Below are positions 11,960 through 22,300 of a stretch of 53,584 nt of DNA, piece by piece; the first letter of the stretch is position 1, and the number at the start of each line of letters is the position of its first letter. The translations under genes and the position numbers were made by a program. Location of the stretch: the NCBI GenBank assembly GCA_000388065.2, contig KB932203.1; one strand, written 5' to 3'. The notes under the pieces are model-generated. The model was not told where the DNA came from and did not search any database. It worked only from the letters and a program-made list of their open reading frames with translations. This DNA comes from Fonticula alba ATCC 38817 (Eukaryota; Protista; Nucleariida).

Positions 11960-12973
11960 TCACAGGGAGACAGGGCCCCAGCAGCGCATGGGCCGGGACG
12001 CACCGAGGGGGTTCAGCCGAACTGCCGGGCTTGTCACGCGATCGGCCCACTTCCAGGCAAAGTAGGAACGCTGTCGCGCCCGGCAGGCAACATGCGAAGG
12101 GTTAGCAATTCATGCGCGTGCACCGGGCCATGCGTGCTTGCAGGTGCACGGTGTGATGTGCGCAGCTCGTCCCCCCTTTTCCCGCCCCCCCCCCCTACAG
12201 ACCGGCCCTCGTCCCAGGGGCATGCCAGGGCGGCGCGCCGCCGGGAGGAGGCCCGCCCGGTCACGCACCCGCTCGATGAAGTACCGCGTGCGCTCCGGGG
12301 TCAGCGCCTTGGCGTAGTAGTGCTGCGGGGGGTTCTTCAGGAACTTCTTCGACGGCAGGGTCCCGGGGCTGGGGGTCGGCATGTCGACCGGCTTGCCCGG
12401 CTGGCGATCGGCCAGCGCCCGCAGGTAGGCATCCTGCTCGGCCGTCAGCTCGGCCCGTGCCACGGCCGGCGCCATGGACAGGTAGCGGTTGGTCCGGCGC
12501 CGGTGCAGGCGCGTGGACATGGCCTCCAGCGCGCCGGACACCGCCGGCAGTGGGGGCAGGGCCGGATGCTCGGAGGCGCCCCCGGGCGCCGTGCTGTCAC
12601 TCGGCCCGGGCGCCACAAGGCGATAGTGCGTCTTGAAGCTGGCCGTGTTGCGCGCCTGCCGGCGGTCAAACACCCCGCGCAGGGTGCGAGGCCCGTACTT
12701 GCGAATGAGCCCGGCCGGGTCCTGGAAGAAGGGCGACCGCGCGTCATCCAGCACGGTGGACCGGTTGAGCGTGCACACTCGGAACCGGGGAATCAGCCGC
12801 TGCGCGCGGCCGGAGGAAATCTCCCGGTGCAGGGCCTCCGCTCGATCCTCGCCCTCCTGGCCGACGGCCGCCGGATCATAGAGGGGCAGCCGAGCCAGCG
12901 CCCGGGCCAGGGGCGGCTGCGAGCGGGCCGGCATGGCCAGCTGGCGCCCGTGCCGGTGCAGGGCCCCAAGCAT
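11960..12973 (-). CDS. Hypothetical protein, probable mitochondrial presequence; 3' end uncertain
   Basis: ATG 12973 (MLGALHRHGRQLAMPARS) opens an exon to 12269 (donor GTGCGT). A GCTAAC branch point and CAG acceptor precede exon 12070 (RSYFAWKWADRV), which stops at 11960 unless spliced again at 12003. No family recognised. Confidence 0.55.
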
Positions 12974-13733
12974 TTTGCGAGTTGCGGCACGCGAGGAGGG
13001 GGCAACGAGGAGGCCGAGAGCCAGGAGGGGGCTGCCGAGGGGGAAAGTGCGGCCAGCGAGCGAGCGAGCGAGCGAGCGAGCGAGCGAGAGCGAAAAGAGG
13101 GAGGCAGGGAGGGAAGGTGGTGCAGCCGAGGCCCAAGGGGCCGAGAGAAGGTGTGTGTCAAGGTAGGCGAAGGGCAAATGCAGGGGAGGGGGGCCGTGTT
13201 ACCGGCAGCCACCGGCCCATTGGGGCCTGACTCTCGGCGCTTTCAATGGACGCGGTCGGCCCGGGGTGAGCCGCCCACACATGCCAAGCTGCGCCTGCCT
13301 GCCCGCCTGCCTGCCTGCCCGCTTGTCCTGCTGGACCGACATGGCTTCGCAGCCCCTGCGAGTGCGGACGGCGCGACACCTGGGCAAGATCTCCCCTGCC
13401 CCGGCGGCCCTTCGTTCCCCCTCCCTCAAGGCGGCACCAAGGAATACACCTCCCGACGCTCCCCCCCCCCCCCCCCCCCCCGAGGGCACACACATACACC
13501 AGCAGATCCCGGCGCCCTGAGGGTGGGACCGCCCGGGTCGGGGCCACAAGGGCAAAATAGGTTGGCATCTCGCAGGGTACGCCTGATGTGCACGTGCTTT
13601 CTCCTGCGGGCGTCGATTAATGTTCTGGCCGGACGGCTTGGATCTTGAGCTGGACACCGCGACCCGATCGTTTGTGAGGGAGGTCTCCCGGGCCGGGAGC
13701 AGGGGGAGGGGGAGAGCCGGAGCGAGGCCGAGC

Positions 13734-13735
<2 letters not shown>

Positions 13736-13768
<33 letters not shown>
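13736..13768 (+). repeat. (CAG)11 trinucleotide repeat
   Basis: Direct count; on the minus strand it reads as poly-Leu in a candidate ORF starting at 13801. Confidence 0.95.
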
Positions 13769-13769
<1 letters not shown>

Positions 13770-14091
13770 TGTTGCTGGGTCGCCAGCTTGAGGGACGTCA
13801 TTCGGGACCTTTTCCCCTTCTTCGCCCCTCGCCTCCCCAGCCCCTCGCTATGGCCTCTCTTGGGCTTTCTCCGGCGACAAAAGACGTCAGGAGGGAGCAC
13901 CCCGCGGTGTCTATTGATTGTTTTCTTCTTCTTTTTTGTTAGGCAGCAGCAGCAACAGCGCGGCGGCGGCGGCGGCTGGCGCAAATGTGTCGGGCGCCCA
14001 AGTAGGTAGGGAGCAGTCGGGAGGCATCATGGGGCGCGGGGCCGAGGACGCGGGTGGACCCTCGCCGCCCCGTTGCCCGCTGGCAAGTGCC

Positions 14092-14380
14092 TTACATGAC
14101 CGAGCAGCACCAGGAGTTCTGCTTCTTGGCCTGGGTATAGAAGGCCTTACTTTGGAGGCTGAGGTCCTCCGACTGCTGGACCAGGTCACCGAGCTTCTGA
14201 CCACGCTCCAGCATGGCGTTGATGGTGTCAAGCTACGGGCGGCCAGGGGGGACAAGGCGGGGTGTCAGAGCCAGCAGGCCAGCAAGGGCCGCCCGCAAGG
14301 GTGGGCGGTGGTAGCATGTCGGGCACAGGCGGGGAGGGGGGGCGGGGGCAGAGAGGCAGAGAGGCAGAAGGAGACACAGC

Positions 14381-14415
<35 letters not shown>

Positions 14416-15209
14416 AGACAGGCAGATGGCGTACCAGCACGACTTGCGTTTGGTCCAAGTCATCATTGATGCGGCTGAAGGAGTCAATGTTCTTGACATC
14501 GACCGCCTGCTGCAGCGTGTGCGACAGCTTGGGCAGCGGAAGGGGGGCGGTGGCCGTGCGGCGGACCTCCACCGGGTAGCGCTCGCGGTAGTCCATCAGC
14601 AGCTGGTTCGACATGCGGAAGACCACATTCGAGGGGTATGCACTGTCGCAGACGACGATGCAGCACAGCCCATCGACAGTGGACTGGCAGTGCAGGTGGT
14701 AGTCTATGGATGTACGTTTGTGCGTGTGTGTGTGTGTGGGTTTGTGCGGGGTTTTTTTTTTCCGGGCGCAAAGAGCACGCGTATGGAGTGCCATGGTGAG
14801 CCAGGCCGTGTGTACATGTGTGCGTGCTTGGGGGAGGGGATGCCAGGCGTGATGAAGGCAGGGCGCACCGTTTTCCTTGACACGCGAGCGAGTGCCCGGG
14901 GCGTTCCGCGCCGCGACGGTCTTGCTGGCGAAGATGATGAACTCCTTGATGCTGCGTCGACAGGGGGCAAGAACGTGAAAGGAAAGGGGGGGTGGGGGGG
15001 GGGGGACACACGGTTTAGCCAGGCGACATCGGCCCAGAGGACGGGAGGGGGGCTGCAGACAGCCTCCACACGTACCTGGTCCGCTGGAAGAAGGAGAAAG
15101 AGCTCAAATTGAAGTCGGAATCCAGGATGAAGGGCGGCGGCGGCTCGTCACGGTAGTCGGCGTGCGAGCCCTCCGGGATCCGGAGAATGATGATCGAGTA
15201 CATGTGCAT
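14092..15209 (-). CDS. YKT6: Longin R-SNARE YKT6 (~208 aa, 4 exons)
   Basis: Exons 15209-15076, 14951-14869, 14703-14435, 14232-14092 (627 nt). Motifs: [18 protein letters not shown], longin core [20 protein letters not shown] zero-layer [13 protein letters not shown], and C-terminal [11 protein letters not shown] prenylation motif. Start could be ATG 15209 or 15203. Confidence 0.97.
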
Positions 15210-15917
15210 GGTGGCGGTGGCAGAGACAGAGGNNNNNNNNNNNNNNNNNNNNNNNNNNNNNNNNNNNNNNNNNNNNNNNNNNNNNNNNNNNNNNNNNNNN
15301 NNNNNNNNNNNNNNNNNNNNNNNNNNNNNNNNNNNNNNNNNNNNNNNNNNNNNNNNNNNNNNNNNNNNNNNNNTTTGGGCCTGGTCCCCCGCCATGGCGC
15401 CTGCCACTTCCGGTTTTTGACGAGGCGGCGGGAAAAACCGCCGCGCCTGGGGGGAAGGGGACATTTTGCCGAAGCGCCGAAGGCCCGAGCGCGATCCGGG
15501 GCGCGGGGAAAACAATGCACGGCGCTGTGTCGGTGCCAGTCTATGAGGTGCCAAGAATTCCATCCCCCGCCTCCGGAGGTCTTGGTGGTGGGGGGGGGGG
15601 GGGGGAACCCATGCGCGCGCGCGCAACCACCCCGGCCGATGGTGCCCTTCTCGCGGTACCGCGGCGGCCGGCTCTGGGCAGTGGCTTCTTAACAGCGGGA
15701 TCACGTGCGCCAGCTCAGCTGCCGCCGAACTTGGCCCACAATCACACTGGAGGGCCGGCCGGCCGGCTGGAGGGGGGGGGGGTCGCCCGGGCGGGCAGGG
15801 AGCACGCGGCCTGGCCTGGAAGGTGCACCGGTAGGCACATATGTGTGCCATTGCGTGTCTGTACGCTGCCTTTCCGCTCATTTGTGTGGCTGTGTCTTTG
15901 CCCATTGGTGCATTGGC

Positions 15918-16013
15918 GCATTCGTGTATTGGTGCATTCGTGTATTGGTGCATTCGTGTATTGGTGCATTCGTGTATTGGTGCATTCGTGTATTGGTGCA
16001 TTCGTGTATTGGT
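15918..16013 (+). repeat. Perfect 16-bp tandem array (GCATTCGTGTATTGGT)x6
   Basis: Six exact copies; each unit is a dimer of related 8-mers GCATTCGT/GTATTGGT, with degenerate 8-mers on both flanks. Confidence 0.97.
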
Positions 16014-16025
16014 GTATTGGTGCAT

Positions 16026-16168
16026 CTATTCATCTGAGTATATCTATACAGCCGAGTACATCTGAGTACACCTATACATCCGAGTACATCCGAGTACATC
16101 TATACAGCCGAGTACATCTGAGTACATCCGAGTACATCTGCGTACATCTGCGTGCATCTGCGTACATC
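16026..16168 (+). repeat. Degenerate 10-bp tandem array, GAGTACATC(C/T) consensus
   Basis: Repeated gagtacatct/gagtacatcc/gcgtacatct units directly adjoining the 16-bp array. Confidence 0.9.
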
Positions 16169-16314
16169 ATTTATGCATTTGTCCATTTGTGCATCACCGG
16201 CGCACCTGGGCGTGGCAAGCAGGCTTGCTCGGAGCCCTGGCGCCGGAACATGGCCAAAGGAATGGCGGACACAACAGCCGGACACAACAGCCAGAGAGAC
16301 GCCGGGCGGCACAC

Positions 16315-19300
16315 TCAAGCAGCAGGCTCCTCGACAGCGGCCTCGCGAGCCAGGACCTTGCGCAAGACCCCCGGCAGCCGGGCCGTCTCGTGGATGTCCA
16401 GCACACGCCCGGTGGGCCGGAGCCGGCGCAGGGTCCGCTCGGTGGCCAGATCCCCGGCACGGGCGCCATGCTCGCCCAGCAGCAGGAGGAACATGCGTGG
16501 CATGGTGCGCGTCCGGTCATTGGGCTGGAGGCCGACGGCCGAGGCGGCCGCCGCCGCCGCCGCCGCCCGACCACCCCCGCCCACCAGGTACGGCAGGAGG
16601 TCGCGCGAGCCGATGCCATACCGGCCGAAGTTGGCATCGGTCAGCACCAAAACCACGGTGTCCGACCACAGCCCGGCCGCCGACAGGTCGTCACCGGACC
16701 CGGCCGACTCGACCGGCGGGCTGAGCTCCCGCACGCTGCGGCCCATGGACTCCAGGGTGCAATCGCCGCTGGAGCAGTACTGCGTGTGCGCCGCCAGGCG
16801 CCACAGGGCCCGCATCCGGTCGGCGTGCGACAAATCGGCAAAGCGCCGGACCGAGGCGCCTGCCCGTGGGGGGGCTGCCGCGGTGCCGCTCGGCCCGGCC
16901 GGCCGCCCGGCCGCCAGCAGGTCGAACCCGGCCGAGTCGCCCGAGTGCCCGAGGATATCCACCACCAGGCGGACGTCCGGGCCGTAGGCCGACGCCGGGG
17001 CCGGCCGCCCGTGCCCATCGGCCGGCAGGGCCACCACACACCCGGGCAGGGCCGCCAGGGCCTCCAGCACCAGGGCCACCGAGTCGATGGTGCTGGCCAG
17101 GCGCCCGTCGAGCCCGTCAAACCGGTACATGGACGCGCTGCAGTCCACCAACAGCCGCAGGCGCCGGGGGGGCGGCCGCCGGCCAGCCTCATCGTCGGTG
17201 TCCTGGTCGTCGGCCTGCGGGTCTTGCTCCTCCTCCTCCTCCTCGGGCGGGGGCGACGGCGGAGGGGGGGGCGTGAAGAGCGGCGACACCTCGTCCGACT
17301 CGACCCGGCGCCGGAAGACCCGGTTGTCCCCGGCCAGGCCGTCCACCAGGCGGCCCTCGTCCAGCTCGCCGTCGGCGCAGCCGGAGCGCCACTCGCGCTC
17401 GCGCGGCGCCTCCCCCGCACCGGCCTCGTCATCGGCATCGGGGCCCTGCGCGCGCAGGCGCAGCCGCCGCTCATCGGCCGTCTCCAGCACCCGGGCCAGG
17501 CGCGCGGCGTCCGGCCGGATGCGGCTCAGGATGTCGGCATATGCCCGGGCCGCCTCCGGCCCGGAGTGCGACGCGTCGATGGCCTGCAGGCGCTCGGCGA
17601 AGGCGCGCTGCCCGAGGGCGCGCGCCCGGCGCAGCGCCTCCTCCGACACATCCCGCCGCCGGGCCTCATCCAGCTGGACCACCCGCTGGTTGCGCTTGCG
17701 CAGGCGGTACGGGCCGCCGCGGCCGCCGAGCCCGGCGGTGTTCGACCCGCCGGACCCCCCGGCATACCGGCCGCCGCCGATGTGCTCCAGGTCGTCGACC
17801 TCCCCGTGCCGGGGATCCGACACCGGGGGCGGATTGTGGTCGCCGCCCTCGGCCCCGGGCTCCTGCGAGCCGGGCTCCGCGCCGAAGTAGTCCTCCCCCA
17901 GCTGGACGTCCAGCGGGTCGCCGCCGGCCGCGGCCAGCCGCCCGCCGCCGGCCGTGCCGGCCCCATACCGGGCCGAGAGGGCCGCCCGGGCATGGGCATC
18001 CCGCGAGCCGGCCACCGTCCCGGTCCGCGCCTCCAGCAAGATGGTCTGCACTTGGGGCCCGGCCGCGGGCCCGGCCGCCCGGGCCACCGACACCAGGACC
18101 TGGTCCCCGGCCACCGGGGCCAGACTCCATGCGGCCGAGGCGCCGGCCAGCTGCACCGACGTCTGGCCCTCGGCCAGGTGCAGGGCCCGGGGGAGGCGAA
18201 TTTGCCGGCCGCTGGCCCGGCCATCAGCCCGCCGGCCCAGCTCCGACACATCCAGCACGTCGAGCGTCAGGTCCGGCCGCGGCCCGGCCCGGGGCCCGGC
18301 CCCCCCGGCGGCCCCGCCCCGGCGGAAGAACGACTGCCAGTGGTTGGCCCCGGCGGCCCCGGTGAACCCCGGGCCGGGGGCCGGCCGGCCGGAGGGGGTC
18401 CCCCGGAGGAAGATCCCCTGCCCGGGGAGCCCGACCCAGGGGCCGGCCACCGGCCGGTCGCCGGACCCCGGCCCCGGCAAGTGCGCCGCCGGCTCGGCCA
18501 GCGCCTCGCCCGGCAGGACCCAGCTTTCCACCGACCGCGCAGACCCCCCGGCCTCGGGGCCCTCCTCCGGCACCGGCAAGCACAGGACCATGCCCGATGC
18601 CGGGTCCAGGGCAAGCAGGTCGCAGCCGGCCGAAGGCCCCAGGCCGAGCCGGCTGGACCAGACCAACGGCGCGCCGGCCTCGGCCGGGCCGGACACCCGG
18701 GCCACCCGGACATCGACCTGGCCATCGGCCAGCGGCCCCCCGGGCGTGAGGGTCACCACGCTGCCCGAGGTGTGCCCCGGCAGGAGGGCCACGCCGCGGC
18801 CATTCGGCAGCCCGACCAGCGTATGGCCAGTCAGCCACCCGGCCGATGGGTCGGCCGCCGGCAGGTCCACCTGGCGCAGGTGCCCGGTACGCGCGTCCAC
18901 CAGGATCACCACCGCACCGGCGGACTCGGGCCCCGGGCCGGGCGAGGCCAGGGCAGCCATGACCCCGGCCCCGGCCGGGACCAGATCCCCATGCAGGCGC
19001 ATGCCGGCCGGCAGGCGGGCCTGCCAGGTGGGCGCCAACCCGGCGAAGGGCCCGGCCGAGTGGGGCCCCGGCCCGGGGGTCGCCGGTGCCTCCTCCTCCT
19101 CCGGCCCGGCCGGCAGCCGCACCCCGGTGAAGACCCCGCCACGCGAGGCCAGCACCAGGGTCTCGGCCTGGCCATCGAGGCCGCCATGCGACACGAGCCC
19201 GGCCCCGAGCACCGGGTCGTCCCGGGCCCCGGGCCCGAGGGCCAGGGCGAAGCGCTCCGGCCGGTCGGCATTCAACGGCACGCCGGCGCAATTGACCCGG

Positions 19301-22300
19301 GTCCGGGTGAACAGCACGGCCTCCGGGTGCCCGGCCCACAGGGCGCACACGGAGGAGGCCCGGCTGGCCGCCAGCGACAGCCACGCCCCGGGGTCCACGC
19401 CCGCCGGCGGCCCATGTGCCAGATCATGGTGGCTGGCCACCATGGCCTGGAAGGAGGCCGGCCCGGCCGGGTCCATGCCCGGCGGGAAGGCGCTCGTCCA
19501 GCGGGCCACCTCCTCGCGGAAGGCGTCCACCCGCCGGAGGGTGAAGCCCCCGGCATCGGCATCGGCATCGGCATCGGCGGCCTCCGGGTCCGGGCCTTCG
19601 GCCTCGCCGGGCCCGGCCACACCGGCCCCCATCATGGCCGCCGGGTGCCGGTTCAAGTCGGCCGCCAGGGCGTCGGCCGCCGCGCTGGTCGGCAGGCCGG
19701 CATCCGGCGCGGAGGCCCGGCCCCCGGGCAGGGCCACGGTCCGGCCCGGGCCGGCCGCGCGCCAGGGCGACGCCCCGAGGGCGCCCGCCCGGGCCGGGTA
19801 CACCCGCCCCGGGCTGCTGGCGTCCAGCAGCGTGGTCCAGGCCCCGGGGCCCGGGGCCGCGCTCGGGTCCGGCAGGGGCAGCCCCGCCCGGCGGAGGACC
19901 CCGCGCCAGTAGACCGACGTCGGGCTCGGCTCCAGGGCCAGGCCGCCGGCCGCCAGGTCGGCCTCCTGCTGCCAGTCCGTCAGCCCGGCCAGCCCCGGGG
20001 TGTGGGCCTCGAAGGACAGGACATTGGCCACCGAGTCCCACATGCTGTCGGACACGGCGGCCAGGCCCCCGGCGCCAGGGGCCCCGGGCGCCAGCCGATC
20101 GGCATTCCCGGCCGCATAGTGCCGGGCCACGGCGGCCAGCTCGCGCACCGAGTACGGGTACGCCGGCTCGGCGGCCGACTCGCCCGGCGGCCGGAGGTCA
20201 TCCAGCGAGCTGGCCCAGCGCAGCGGCGACAGGAACCCATCCACCAGCTGGGTGACCGTCTTCAGCACGGCCAGCTGGTGGTCCAGCGCCGGGCCGGAGG
20301 GCCCCGGGGCCGGGCTCCAGCCCGCGGCCATGGCCGGCTGGGGCCCGAGGCGCGCGGCGCGCGCCGCCGCCGCGCCGGCCGCCGCCAGGGCCGCATCCAA
20401 CACCACGCGCGTTTGCGACCCGCGCCCCGGGGCCGGGACCGGGTGCACGGCCACATTGGCGCCCCCGAGGGCCGACGCCACGTCATTTCCGTGGAAGGGG
20501 AAGCCCGGCCGGTTGGCCAGCAGCACCAGGCGGAAGTCCGGGTGCACCGGGACCACCGACGGGTCGGCCGGCCCGGCCGCCGGGGGGGGCCAGGCCCCGG
20601 CCGACAGGCGCCGGCCATCCGGCAGGGCCGCCTCCCCGGTCCCGGCCAGGCGCCGCAGGGCGGCCAGCACGTGCGCCGGCGCCTTGTCCGCCTCGTCGAC
20701 CACGCAAATGTGGCCAAGCCGCGCGGCGCGCACCAGCGGCGCGTCGCCGAACACCAGGTGCCCATTTTCGATCTGCCCATCGGAGAGGGGGGAGGGCGCC
20801 GAGGGAGGTGCCCGGGGAGATGTCAGTCGTCGAGCGGCGCCAAGCGGGCGGGCGGGCGGGCCGGCGGGCCGGCGGGCCGGCGGGCCGGCGGGGGCAACGT
20901 ACCGAGGCTTGGACAAAGAGGCTGGCAGCCGTGGTGTCGCGGTGGAGCTGGACATACTGCCGCGGGGCGCCGAGGATGTCGCACAGCTTGTCGGCCAGCT
21001 TGTTCTTGCCGACGCCCTGGTTGCCCAGGAGCAGGACATGCGTCGGGGCCGAGCCGGCGGCCGCCGGGGTCAGGGGCTCCAGCGAGCTGGGGCACACCAC
21101 CGGGCCGCACATGCGCAAGTCGAAGGCCAGCGCGGCCAGCGACCGAGCATGGGCCTGGTTCGGGGTGAACACCGGCCGGGGGATGAGGGCTGCACGCCGG
21201 GGCCAGGGGCCCGGGCAGTCGGGGAGGGGAGGGCAGGGGGAGCGGGGGGGGGGGGCGCGCGAAAGAGGTCAGCAAGGGCCGGGGCAGGGAGGCAGGGCCC
21301 CGGCGGGCCCGGCGACCAAAAACGGTGCCTGCCGGGCGGCGGACCGGTGCCGGGGCAAAAAAAGGAATGAAACACCACACCCCGGCGGCAGGCCGCCCCC
21401 GAGGAGGAGGAGGAGGAGGAGGAGGAGGAGGAGGAGCACGTCCGCGGGCCCACGCACCAGATTCCTCGGCCGACACCGGGCGCCAGGCCGGCACACGAAG
21501 GCCAGACCCGCCGAGCTCCAGGGCCGTCCGGTCGGCCGACAGGGCCAAACCCACGGAGTCCAGCCCGTCCAGGGGGGCCGGCGTGCCGAGAGCCGACCCC
21601 GGGGCCCGGGCGCCGGCGAGGGCAAACTCATCGGCCTGACGGGCCCGGTCCAGGTCCAGCAGGCCGCCGGTGGCCCGGCGCACGGATGCGGCCACCCGCG
21701 CGGCCAGCACCGCCGGCACGAAGGCCAGCATCAGGGCATCATGCAGGCGCCGGCCGGCGGCCGCGGTCCAGTCCAGGGGCAGGTCGCCACCGGCGCCGGG
21801 CCCGCCAGACAGCCGGCGCTGCGCCATGGCCCCGACCGCCTGGGCCGTGCGGACAACCTGCCGCACGCCGAGGGCGTCATCCACGCGCGCGTGCACCGCG
21901 GCATCCGCCCCGCCGGCCGCCGCCGGGAAGTCCCGCAGCAGCCCCTGCCGCGCGCGCAGAAGCGCATCCACACAAGACTCGAGCAGCGGCCGGACGGGGC
22001 CGGAGGCCGCCGCACCGCCGAGGGCCCCGCGCAGGGCCAGCGCCCGGACCTCGGCCGGCGTGCGACCCGCCGCCCGGACCACATCACACAGCCCGGCCAC
22101 CTCGTCGGTGAGCCAGTTGGCCGGGGACCCGGCCCCGGCCAGTGGCCCGGGCTCGCCGGCCAGCATGACCAGGCGGAAGTCCGGATGCACCGGCCGGCAG
22201 AGGGCCCCCGCCGCCGGGAGGCCCAGCCCGAGGCCCGGCTCGGCCCCGGCCGGCACCAGGTACGACCCGTCCGGCAGGGCGGCCAGCCGATCGGCCACCA

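Noticed and set aside
15388-15415. ETS-like CCGGAAGT and YY1-like GCCATGGCG motifs upstream of YKT6
   Set aside because: Single short occurrences in GC-rich DNA, not repeated at the other promoters in the window; ETS factors are considered animal-specific.
15918-16168. Possible CRISPR array
   Set aside because: Units are directly adjacent with no unique spacers, are too short, and have no cas genes nearby; the context is eukaryotic.
16189-21168. 1659-aa plus-strand ORF, and similar giant ORFs (4468-6675, 6810-9026, 20808-23012, 31935-36032, 51156-53492)
   Set aside because: Antisense shadows of real genes. GC-rich codon usage suppresses stops, the translations are Arg/Gly/Pro-rich, and they contain no family motifs.
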